Shown: one piece after another, positions 27,301 to 39,200 of the stretch
How positions within the stretch are numbered: position 1 is the stretch's first letter
How the letters are laid out: each line of letters opens with the position of its first letter
NCBI GenBank assembly: GCA_964016885.1
Contig: CAXHJY010001736.1
Coordinates: forward strand, 38,793 to 102,792
Reading direction: 5' to 3'
DNA length: 64,000 nucleotides
From: Eledone cirrhosa
Taxonomy: Eukaryota
The notes under the pieces: generated by a model
What the model saw: the letters and a program-made list of their open reading frames with translations, nothing else
What the model was told of the DNA's origin: nothing
Database searches by the model: none
Made by a program: the position numbers and the translations under genes

Positions 27301-27559
27301 ATCTTGTGTTCCCAGACATTTCCCACACACACCTTGCCAATATCTTCTGTCCTCAATCACTGTCCACGTGAATCTCTTAGTTGTAACCTCAATACTCAGA
27401 AATGGGTCAAACGTCAAACAAATTGGGGAAACACCCATTGAATATATACATATATCTGAAATGTAAATTACTGATGGATTTAAAGAAAGGTGATACAAAG
27501 GCAGAAGTAAATTCACGCTAAGTACCTATATCTATGTGTTCACGTTGACTGATAAAATG

Positions 27560-28085
27560 ACAAGTCAGTCAATCATATTGATGCCCCCTCTCTACAGCCC
27601 CGGCGGACAGAATGGAGACGGCGTTTCCCCGGAGGACGGCAAGGGAGACGCGCTAGAAGAGCCATTCCAATTCGCGAAGCTTCACACCTGTGGCTGGCCA
27701 GTTCAGCGCCTATGGTGGTGAGTAGAGAGGTAGCCCTAGGGCCGAAGACACCAGAAGTCTCCACTGCCAAGGGTACGACCGCAAACCTGTCGAAGAGCGA
27801 CCGGTATTTGGAGAGTTTACCCTCCTCAGCCCGACGTGCAGCAGAACCTGGGTTAGTCGCAGACTGCACCAGGTTGCGGCTGGAGAAAGTGTTGGCTGGA
27901 GAAAGTGGCATCCCAGACGAGGGGTTCGCCACCGCGGACGGGAAGATGGTCATGCCGTCTGGCCTTTTACCGTCTCTCGGTCCAGCCCCACCGGCTCGAG
28001 TTGGGAAGGGAAGCCTGCAGCGTCCAAGGCATGCTTTATGACTCGTTGAGGACATCATGGCGTGGAAGGCGGCCGGCACTGAAAT
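27560..28085 (-). mobile_element. CRE-like (restriction-like endonuclease) non-LTR retrotransposon 3' fragment
   Basis: Across frames: SAGRLPRHDVLNE, DGKRPDGMT, AARRAEEGKLSKY, PLAVETSGVFG, WLF*RVSLAVLRGNAVSIL. Confidence 0.8.
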
Positions 28086-28740
28086 GAATGGGTGGCAGTA
28101 GTTCCAGCTGCACGCATCGAAATACTGGTGTAGTGGTTCTGAGAACAATGCGGTTTTGCAGATGATCAATGAAAATTGACAATGGAAAGGTGCTCCCGCT
28201 CGAGTTAGAAGAGAACTTTTGACCTTCAGGAGAAGCAGCGACCCCTGATTGTATTCAACAACCAAAACAAATATGAGGTTAACCAAATCCAATACTCCTA
28301 GGGGCGGCCATGGTTCTTCTTATTTGCGAGTGTAAACTCGGCCAGATTAGATTAGATTAGATTAGAAAAAATTTCAGTCATACCTCGCCCCTCCCCCTCT
28401 GTTGTCCATTGTAGTATTCTGTACTAATGGACAGACGATGGATCAGTCCATTATTTCATTTGGAGGGGGTGCGTCGGTTATTAAGGACGTTAGATTGGCA
28501 AAATCGGTCGAGCATTGGACACATGCTTTGTGGCATATATTTACGTCCTCTCCCCAACAAAAAATTGTTGGCCTTTTGCCTGAATCAGAGCGTCAGACGT
28601 CATGCTTTCCAGCACAGAGTTATGGCCCTTTACGTTCTGAGTTCAAATCCCACCAAGGTTAACTTTGCCTTTCATCCTTACGGGGGTCGATAACATAAAG
28701 TACCAGTAATGCACTGGAGTAATTGCTGGCCTTGTTCCAA

Positions 28741-29058
28741 AACCTTCATGAGGACGGAAGAGTCCATTATATCATTGCTTTCCCTGTCCATCCTGTACTA
28801 ATACAGACTAAGCACTAAGCCACGAAACCTTCACGAGAATGGAAGAGTCCATTATATCATTGCTTTCCCTGTCCATCCTGTACTAATACAGACTAAGCAC
28901 TAAGCCACGAAACCTTCACGAGAATGGAAGAGTCCATTATATCATTGCTTTCCCTGTCCATCCTGTACTAATATAGACTAAGCACTAAGCCACGAAACCT
29001 TCACGAGAATGGAAGAGTCCATTATCTCATTGCTTTCCCGGTCCATCCTGTACTAATG
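28741..29058. repeat. 85-bp tandem repeat, ~3.7 copies
   Basis: aaccttca starts at 28741, 28826, 28911, 28996. Confidence 0.92.
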
Positions 29059-29585
29059 TATCGAGAACCGATCATCCTAATAATTACTTTAGTTAGACGC
29101 CAATGTCACATAATTTACTCTCCGGAAAACATACTTTCACATTTTTTATTAAGTGTCTGCTTTGATGTCGCATCTCTCATACAACAAAGACTATTATATA
29201 TAACTATATATATATATATATATATATAATTGAAAGGTATAGAAAAACATTGTAGCGAAAAGCCAACAGTATTCCATAATATATAAGTGACTATAGCGTC
29301 AAAATGGGAAAAATAGTTAACGTAAGTTGTGGGAAAAATAATTCAAACTCATCTCAAAGAGAATCAGGATATAGATTCATCCACAGAATTTATTGAAATC
29401 CAGGGAAAAATCAATAGAGCCTTAACTCATGATAAAATAAAGTCTAAAATACTCATCCTTCAATTTGGAAAAACTTCAAATGTATATATATATATATACT
29501 TAGAAACACACACACACATATATATATACATACATACACACACACATATGTATATATGCACACATATATACGTTTGTAAACATGC

Positions 29586-29628
<43 letters not shown>

Positions 29629-29833
29629 AATAAATATGCACACATTATATGTTTGTAAACACACACACGCACGCAAATGTTGGTATGTTTTAAAATCTAG
29701 CGTTCTTAAAACTAATGAGCACTTAATACATGTAAGTAGTGTTAAATCCCTCTCTCTCTCATTTATGTATATATACACACACACACATAGACAGGGGAAA
29801 GAGGGGGCATATATATATATATATATATATATA

Positions 29834-32390
29834 CTAGCTGTTTAGCCCGGCGTTGCTCGGGTTTGTTCATTTGCTATGAAAAGTTACATACAGGTAAACG
29901 TGGTTTGAAAGCGAATAAGCTTATCAATTAAGTGCATAAAGCAGTTGAACCGGTTATTAAAGGTTACGAACCAATTAGCATTTTGGTCAATCAATGATGG
30001 GTTAAAAATCTTCCAATAGCGAATTTAGTAGACCAAAGTTGCAAGATGGTGGCCCTGATGCCGCTGGGTGTCAGATCTGTCCGCCATGGAATACCCATCC
30101 AGGAAATAGTGTTCCAGATGGCATAGCTCCAACACCTGCACCAACATCTATAGCACCTCTTTGTAGACGATATTGCGTGTCATCTCTTAAGGAGAGTAAG
30201 CAAAAAGTCCATTCCTGCATAAAGTTGGCCATGGGAGAAGCATGGCTCCCCCAAATGGATGACCGCCACCGACAATGTTTGCCCTTGTGACTTGTTAATG
30301 GACATGGCAAAACATGGTCTCACCGGGAATTGGGAACGCCGGAAATCGAACGGAATATCTGATGCCGAGGGGAAAAGGTTCATCCTTGGAATGAAAACAT
30401 TCTCCCCTCTTCCACACCCGTTACAATGGTGGCCTCTATCAAGTGGGGTGTCAGTGACTTGATGACCATGCGAGTACCGTTGCAATGCTTTGGTGGACGC
30501 AAGTTCCTTATTAGCATAATGGGACAGCCAACCCTAAGCTTAATAATGTGAGGTGGGAGCCCTGGGGGCTCAAAGGGAATTTAATAACTCAACCGGATAA
30601 TTAACGATATCGTCGGGGTCTGACGTCCGGTCGATAGATTTGAAGATGTGCTCTTTACCGGGAATCTTCTCAATCAGCTGCTCGTTAATAAAATTAACCA
30701 TGGTATTTTACGGAGCAAGGATAGCTCTTTCGCTGAGCCAATCAAGGTTTTTAAAGTTAGATGAGACATTAGGAAAAACTGCTTTCCAAAGGTCAGAAGG
30801 GCTGCTCACAATGTAGCACAACGAGTCGATTGCTATGCCGTCCTTGTCATCCGCAGGGACCTTGCCCTCACCAAGTGCTAAAATATTCTGAGCAAATGCT
30901 GCAGACATGTTGTCACCATGCAAATGAGCACGCATATTTGTGCTCAGGTACAAACTCTCACCTGGAGCCACAAGATGGACGACTTAAGACAGGCACGAAC
31001 TTCATCAACTATTGTCCCTTTGGGGATGACAGGCAGCGTTTGCCGAAAATCCCCTAATAGCAGAAGGGTTACGCCACCCATAGGAGCCGTAGAATCCCTA
31101 ATGTCTTTCAGGGTCCTGTCCAATGCCTCAAGGGCACCCTTGAATGACTATCTGCACTCATCCCAAACAATGAGGCAACACTTTTTGAGAACCAGAGCTT
31201 TGTGTGAACTCTTGGTGATATTGCATGTTGGTCCGACAGAAGTTTGGGCTCATTTTCATCTAAGTATTGGGAAAGAGATTCGATATCATATGCTGTTTCC
31301 CGCAACAAATCCGGGGCCAACGTGTTAGCTTCCTCTCTGACGGTTGACGGCAAGCCATACGTCGTCAACTCACTCCCACCCATGTCGAGGTGGGCGTCCT
31401 CGATATCAATGAGTGCCCTGTTGTAGATAATGTCGCTGTAACCAACTTCCACTGAAGTATACTGCAGATGAGCCAGGCGCAGGAAGTCCTCATACATGAA
31501 GTCTCTGTACTTGACCCATAAAGATTTGGGATCACCCAATTAATATTTTTGAAGCAAAATGGCAAAGAGTTCCCGTAGACCTTTAGGTGATTTCAACAAA
31601 GCACCCTCTGTTAAAGTGGAATCCCATTGCGAATCATCTTCCAAAAGACCACGCTTAAAGCAGGCTTCCCGGTACATATCACATATTTCTCCATTAACAG
31701 TTTTGATGTCCTGAAAACTTTGTGGGCCTACAACTTCATGCAGAAGAAGGCGGAGATGAAAGCACTCATGCTGACTTGGGGACACAGTGTAAACCCTTCC
31801 AAGACAGCTGTCAAATTTTACGCCAGGATGTCTTTCAGCAGCCTGACCTGACTTTCTTCGCACCCAAGGGCATCAGAGCCCTTATTTACATATTTGCATA
31901 TGTATTTTATCGACTTGACGGAGTTGCAAAAGTCAACGTTGATGTGGGCGTTGAGCATCTTAAAGAGAAGCGGGCAGTAAGGGACCACCCATTTATTGTC
32001 GACTTGACCTCCCCTTACTGTTGTGGTGAAGCCACCGTTCTCGGGCCATCTCCACCTGTACAGGGGGTACCCGTCGCCACCAGTCTGAGTCTGGTCAACA
32101 AAATTTTGGGGGTATCCCTTACTGCACGACCCCCCCCCCCTTTTCAGACACGTGTGATGCTCATTAGGACCCGACGCACACGGACCATGAATCATGTTAC
32201 CTTTGACGATGTCATGTAATTCCTGGTCAGTTGCTGGGTTGGGGGTTTCAGCCGAAATGAAGCTGTCTATGGCACTTGAATTGATTTTATCAGCTAACCA
32301 AATCAAAATGTGAGCATGTGGCAGCCCTCGTTTTTGCCATTAGACGGTGAACATGTCACATTTTACAGCCCCAAATACCTGACCATCTGG
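29834..32390 (-). mobile_element. Helitron copy 1 (Rep motifs 2-3 plus Pif1-like helicase, decayed) with intact 3' terminus
   Basis: WQKRGLPHAHILIW (HUH), KYICKYVNKG, GDFRQTLPV, QFPVRPCFAMSINKSQGQTL..FSHGQLY; hairpin + CTAG end at 29834. Confidence 0.93.
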
Positions 32391-33212
32391 CAATGAGGTC
32401 ATGTCTGTTCGAATAATTCTGCCCAGGAAAAAGTTCACGCGTTACATTCTGATTCATATGTCTATAGCATTAATCTGTTATATGAAGTGTTATTTTGTGG
32501 GTTATAATTTGCAATAAGCCGATTGAAAATGCCCCAGATAAGCCGTATGTCAATACGTAAATAAGGGCTCTGATGCCGCAATGTTCGCATTTCAAGCTGA
32601 AAACAGCAAGGACGAGGTCACAGAATACCTGGCGGGGCGGTACATCAGTAGCAATGAAACTTTTTGACGCCTATTTGGTTTACCCCTACACCAACGTCAC
32701 CCCGCCATCGTACAGCTTGCGGTACATTTGGAAAATGGGCAAAGGGTTTACTTTACGGACCAAACCGCCGCCAAGTTGGCCGCCGATCCGAAAGAGACCA
32801 CTCTGACGGGTTTCTTCAAACTTTGCCAGTTCGATACATTTGCGCAAACAATTGTGTACTCCCAGGTTCCATCCTACTTTATATGGTCGAAAAACACTTG
32901 GGTGCGAAGAAAGTCAGGTCAGGCTGCCGAAAGACATCCTGGTGTAAAATTTGACAACTGTCTTGGAAGGGTTTACACTGTGTCCCCAAGTCAGCATGAG
33001 TGCTTTCATCTCCGCCTTCTTCTGCATGAAGTTGTAGGCCCACAAAGTTTTCAGGACATCAAAACTGTTAATGGAGAAATATGTGATACGTACCGGGAAG
33101 CCTGCTTTTGGAAGATGATTCGCAATGGGATTCCACTTTAGCAAAGGGTGCTTTATTGAAATCACCTAAAGGTCTACGGGAACTCTTTGCTATTTTGCTT
33201 CAAAAATGTTAA

Positions 33213-34292
33213 TTGGGTGATCCCAAATCTTTATGGGTCAAGTACAGAGATTTCATGTCTGAGGACTTCCTGCGCCTGGCTCATCTGCAGTATACTTCAT
33301 TGGAAGTTGGTTACAGCGACATTATCTATAACAGGGCACTCATTGATATCGAGGACGCCCACCTCGACATGGGTGGGAGTGAGTTGGCGACGTATGGCTT
33401 GCCGTCAACCGTCAGAGAGGAAGCTAACACGTTGGCCCCGGATTTGTTGCGGGAAACAGCATATGACACAGAATCTCTTTCCCAATACTTAGAGGAAAAT
33501 GAGCCCAAACTTCTGTCGGACCAAAGGTTGGCCTATTTAACTATCATTGACGCGGTTCAAAATCAGACTGGGGGTATTTACTTTCCGGATGCTCCTGGGG
33601 GTACTGGAAAAAGTTATGTAACGAAATTGATTCTCGTTAAGATTCTTCAGAAGAAAAAAGTTACGTTGTCCGTTGCATCGTCCGGGATCGCTGCTACTTT
33701 GCTCCCGGGAGGCAGGACAGCACATTCAACCTTTAAACTCCCCTTGCATTTAGTAAAAACTGAGACACCAACATGCAATATCACCAAGAGTTCACACAAA
33801 GCTCTAGTTCTCAAAAAGTGTTGCCTCATTGTTTGGGATGAGTGCACAATGGCACTCAAGGGTTCCCTTGAGGCATTGGACAAGACCCTGAAAGACATTA
33901 GGGATTCTACGGCTCCTATGGGTGGCGTAACCCTTCTGCTATCAGGGGATTTTCGGCAAACGCTGCCTGTCATCCCCAAAGGGACAAGAGCTGATGAAGT
34001 TCGTGCCTGTCTTAAGTCGTCCATCTTGTGGCTCCAGGTGAAGAGTTTGTACCTGAGCACAAATATGCGTGCTCATTTGCATGGTGACAACATGTCTGCA
34101 GCATTTGCTCAGAATATTTTAGCACTTGTTGAGGGCAAGGTCCCTGCGGATGACAAGGGCGGCATAGCAATCGACTCGTTGTGCAACATTGTGAGCAGCC
34201 CTTCTGACCTTTGGAAAGCAGTTTTTCTTAATGTCTCATCTAACTTTAAAAACCTTGATTGGCTCAGCAAAAGAGCCATCCTTGCTCCGTAA
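33213..34292 (+). pseudogene. Helitron Pif1-family helicase fragment
   Basis: 359-aa ORF with SF1 helicase motifs I-IV; premature stop. Confidence 0.9.
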
Positions 34293-34454
34293 AATACCAT
34301 GGTTAATTTTATTAAGGAGCAGCTGATTGAGAAGATTTCCGGTAAAGAGCACATCTTCAAATCTATCAACCGGACGTCAGACCCCGACGATATTGTTAAT
34401 TATCCGGTTGAGTTATTAAATTCGCCTGAGCCCCCAAGGCTCCCACCTCACATT

Positions 34455-34460
34455 ATATAT

Positions 34461-34517
<57 letters not shown>

Positions 34518-34838
34518 TATCCATATATACATATCTATCTATCTAAGGCGGGTAAAATTCCCGAGATCCATGGACGAGTTCTCTCCAGCGGTCTCTGTCC
34601 CTGTTAGGACTCCATTTATGGGTTAAATAACTACCTTATTCGAGTGGCGCCGGTAAGGTATTGTCAGCCATTGAAAAGAAAAAAATATATACATATATAT
34701 ACATATATATATATACATATACATATATATACATATATATATACATATACGTATATATACATATATATATATATACATATACGTATCCCAGTAATGCACT
34801 GGGTAATTGCTGGCCTTGTGCCTAAAGTAGAAACAATT
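34455..34838. mobile_element. Composite insertion in Helitron helicase: (TA)n + inverted RTE 3' end + RTE 5' UTR piece + (TA)n + SINE tail
   Basis: 34546-34600 is the reverse complement of 54545-54600; 34601-34680 matches 7559-7640; 34787-34838 is a SINE 3' end; copy 1 is uninterrupted here. Confidence 0.85.
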
Positions 34839-35572
34839 ATTAAGCTTAGGGTTGGCCGTCCCATTATGCTAATAAGGAACTTGCGTCCACCAAAGCATTG
34901 CAACGGTACTCGCATGGTCGTCAAGTCACTGACACCCCACTTGATTGAGGCCACCATTGTAACGGGGGTGCGGAAGAGGGGAGAATGTTTTCATTCCAAG
35001 GATGAACCTTTTCCCCTCGGCGTCAGATATCCAGTTCGATTTCCGGCGATCCCAATTCCCGGTGAGACCATGTTTTGCCATGTTCATTAACAAGTCACAA
35101 GGGCAATCATTGTCGGTGGCGGGTATCCATTTGGGGGAGCAACTTTATGTTGCCTGTTCCCGCGTAGGGAGCAGGAATGGACTTTTTGCTTACACTCCTC
35201 AAGGGATGACACGCAATATCGTCTACAAAGAGGTGCTATAGATGTTGATGCAGGTGTTGGAACTATGCCGTCTGGAAAACTGGTAGGGTCACCCATAGCG
35301 GACAGATCTGACACCCAGCGGGATCAGGGCCACCATCTTGCAACTTTGGTCTACTAAATTCGCTATTGGAAGATTATTAACCCATCATTGGGTCCAAAAT
35401 GCTAATTGGTTCGTAACTATTAATAACCGGTTCAACTGCTTTATGTACTTAATTGATAAGCTGATGCGCTTTCAAGCTACGTTTACCTGTTTGTAACTTT
35501 TCATAGCAAATGAACAAACCCGAGCAACGCCGGGCTAAACTGCTAGTATATATATATATATGTATAAACACA

Positions 35573-35673
35573 CAAGGTTTCCTCCAAAAATGTATACACA
35601 CTTTGATTACCTGTACAGGTAACATTTATAAGAACGCTGTTGAAAAATGTATACATTTTTGGGGTACACTATG
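35573..35673. mobile_element. Small Tc1/mariner-type MITE
   Basis: Imperfect TIRs ...ccaaaaatgtataca / tgtatacatttttgggg... Confidence 0.6.
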
Positions 35674-35864
35674 TGTACATTATATATATATATACATATA
35701 TATATATATCACACACACAGAAAAGGAGAGAGAGAGAAGGGAAGCAGTTTTTCGTGTCAGTCAGTGAAGTTGAGGTTCGCCATTTCAGTTTGCAATAATC
35801 ACTCGGTGTGCACGTGAACAAAAAATGGTTTATCTCATGTTTTGAGGAGAGCTTCGTGTTGCAG

Positions 35865-38500
35865 CTGTCACCGCCACCACCACTACTACCACCACTACCA
35901 CTGCCACTACCACCATTGTTGGCTGCTGCTGCCGTTGTTGGTGGTGGTGTTGTTGTCACTTTGCACCACCACCACCGCCACTATCACCACCACCACCGCC
36001 ACCACCAACAACATCACCACCACCATCACCACCAACAACATCACCACCACCATCACCACCAACACTATCAACAACATCACCACCAACAACAACATCACCA
36101 CCACCACCAACACTATCAACATCACCACCACCATCACCACCAACACTATCAACAACATCACCACCAACAACAACATCACCACCACCACCAACACTATCAA
36201 CATCACCACCACCATCACCACCAACACTATCAACAACATCACCACCAACAACAACATCACCACCACCACCAACACTATCAACATCACCACCACCATCACC
36301 ACCAACACTATCAACAACATCACCACCAACAACAACATCACCACCACCACCAACACTATCAACATCACCACCACCATCACCACCAACACTATCAACAACA
36401 TCACCACCAACAACATCACCACCACCACCAACACTATCAACATCACCACCACCATCACCACCAACACTATCAACAACATCACCACCAACAACAACATCAC
36501 CACCACCACCAACACTATCAACAACATCACCACCACCATCAACAACATCACCACCACCACCACCACCACCACCACCAACACTATCAACAACATCACCACC
36601 ACCATCACCACCAACACTATCAACAACATCACCACCACCACCACCATCACCACCAACACTATCAACATCACCACCACCACCACCAACACTATCAACATCA
36701 CCACCACCACCACCATCACCACCACCACCACCAACAACACCACCACCACCACCACCACAAACACTATCAACAACATCACCACCACCACCACCACCACCAC
36801 CAACATCACCACCACCATCACCACCAACACTATCAACATCACCACCACCACCACCAACACTATCCACAACATCACCACCACCACCACCATCACCACCAAC
36901 ACTATCCACATCACCACCACCACCACCACCAACACTATCAACACCCCCCCCCCCCCAACAACACTATCCACAACATCACCACCACCACCACCACCACCAA
37001 CACTATCAACATCACCACCACCATCACCACCAACACTATCCACAACATCACCACCACCACCACCACCAACAACAACACTATCAACAGCATCACCACCACC
37101 ACCACCACTACCACCACCACCACCAACACTATTACCACTGCTGCTGCTGCTGCTGCTGTTGTTGTTGTTGTTGTAGTCACTTTGCACCATCTTCACCATC
37201 ACTATCACCATTATCACCGACACCATCAACGCCACCACCACCACCATTGCAGGCTGCTGCTGCTGCTGTTGTCACTTTGTACCATCATCATCAACATCAC
37301 CACCACCACCATCGCCACCACCATCATCACCATCACCACTATTTCTTGCTGCTGTTGCTGCTGTTGTCACTTTGCACCACCACCACCACCATCACCACCA
37401 CCACCACCACCATCATCACCACCATCACCACCACCACCACCACCATCATCACCACCACCACCACCACCATCACCGCTACCGCCATCTTTGCTGACTGTTG
37501 TTGCTGTTGCTGCTATTTTGCAGCACCACCATCATCGTCATTGCAGGCTGCTGCTTCTGCTGCTGTTGCTGTCACTTTGCACCACCACCAGCACCGCCAC
37601 CACCATCAACGTCACCACCACCACCACCATCATTGCTGGCTGCTGCTTCTGCTGTTGTTGCTGTTACTTTGCACCACCACCACCACCACCATCACAACGG
37701 TCGTCACCCACCACCATCGCCACCACCACCACCACCAGCTGCACTGTCACCACATCCATCATCATCATCATCGCCCCACCAACACCTTCACCACTGACAT
37801 CACAACGATCAGCCACCCTGTATTTCTATGCCCCCCCCCCCCACCTCTAACACCACCACCATCACCACTAGCACCACCACCACCACGGTCACCACTAACA
37901 CCAGTACCAGCCCCTCCACTAACATTAGCACCACCGTCACCAGCACCGTCACCAGCACCGTCACCACCAGCACCGGCACCACCATCACCATTACCACCAC
38001 CACCACCACTATCACCAGCGACCTCACCACCCCAACCACTATCACCAGCAATATCTAAGACCACCACCACGACCACCTATATCTAAGCCCTACCCCCACC
38101 CACACCCTCTATATCTAAGCCCCCCCCCCTCCCACCTATATCTAAGCCCCCCCCCCCCCCCCTCTATTTCTAAGCCCCACCACCACCACCTTCTATATCT
38201 AAGCCCCACCACCACCTTCTATATCTAAGCCCCACCACCACCTTCTATATCTAAACCCCACTCTATATCTAAGCGCCCCCCCCCCCTATATCTAAGCCCC
38301 ACCACCACCACCCTCTATATCTAAGCCCCCCCCTCTATATCTAAGCCCCACCACCACCACCTTCTATATCTAAGCCCCACCACCACCTATATCTAAACCC
38401 CACTCTATATCTAAGCCCCCCCCCCCCTATATCTAAGCCCCACCACCACCACCCTCTATATCTAAGCCCCCCCCCCCTCTATATCTAAGCCCCGCCACCC
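35865..38500. repeat. (CCA/CAA/CAT)n-derived minisatellite followed by ctatatctaagcccc repeats (38077-38500)
   Basis: Direct reading. Confidence 0.92.
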
Positions 38501-38650
38501 CTAATGCAGTTGTATTGTATTTCTTTATCTCCTAAAATATCACAGAAAACAGTTCCTGAGATTAACTAAACCAGTTGTTCTTTGAAAACAGACGATACAA
38601 CAAACCCACCATATTGTGAGGTGTCGTCTGTTTCAGTCAATTGCAGCTTT

Positions 38651-38731
<81 letters not shown>

Positions 38732-39146
38732 GCATATACATACATTCACACACACACACACACATACATACAAATATATATATATATATATATAAACACA
38801 CATATACACATACATTCACACACACACACACATAATACACATACAAATATATATATATATATATAAGAGGGTGTTAAAGTTTGCTTTTTATATATATATA
38901 TAAACACACACATACACATACATTCACACACACACACATAATACACATACAAACATATATATATATATATATTTATATAGATGAGATTCTACAGGACTAG
39001 AACTGTTTCATTCTTTAGATAAACACACATATACACATACATTCACACACACACATAATACACATACAAACATATATATATATATATTTATATATATATA
39101 AGCACATATACACATACATTCACACACACATAATACAAATACAAAC

Positions 39147-39200
<54 letters not shown>

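Larger units (their letters stand above)
32550..35546 (+). mobile_element. Helitron copy 2 (from Rep motif 3 through helicase, decayed) with intact 3' terminus
   Basis: DAPGGTGKS, VASSGIAATLLPGGRTAHSTF, WDECTM, GDFRQTLP; end CCCGAGCAACGCCGGG-CTAAACTG-CTAG|T. Confidence 0.93.

Noticed and set aside
27573-28292. 239-aa ORF as a host gene
   Set aside because: Recognisable parts are a frameshifted CRE-like retrotransposon endonuclease region; the N-terminal part is read-through of flanking DNA.
29834-35546. Inverted Helitron as a simple read-chimera artefact, or as a functional host Pif1 gene
   Set aside because: Arms differ by many substitutions and distinct indels or insertions, which argues against an artefact; stops, frameshifts, Rep motifs and CTAG termini mark it as a decayed Helitron.
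35808-38086. His/Gln-rich or mucin-like 680-aa ORF (similar cases at 9656-10892, 13243-14077, 45648-48405)
   Set aside because: Trinucleotide-derived repeats open in multiple frames; no unique domain or splice evidence.
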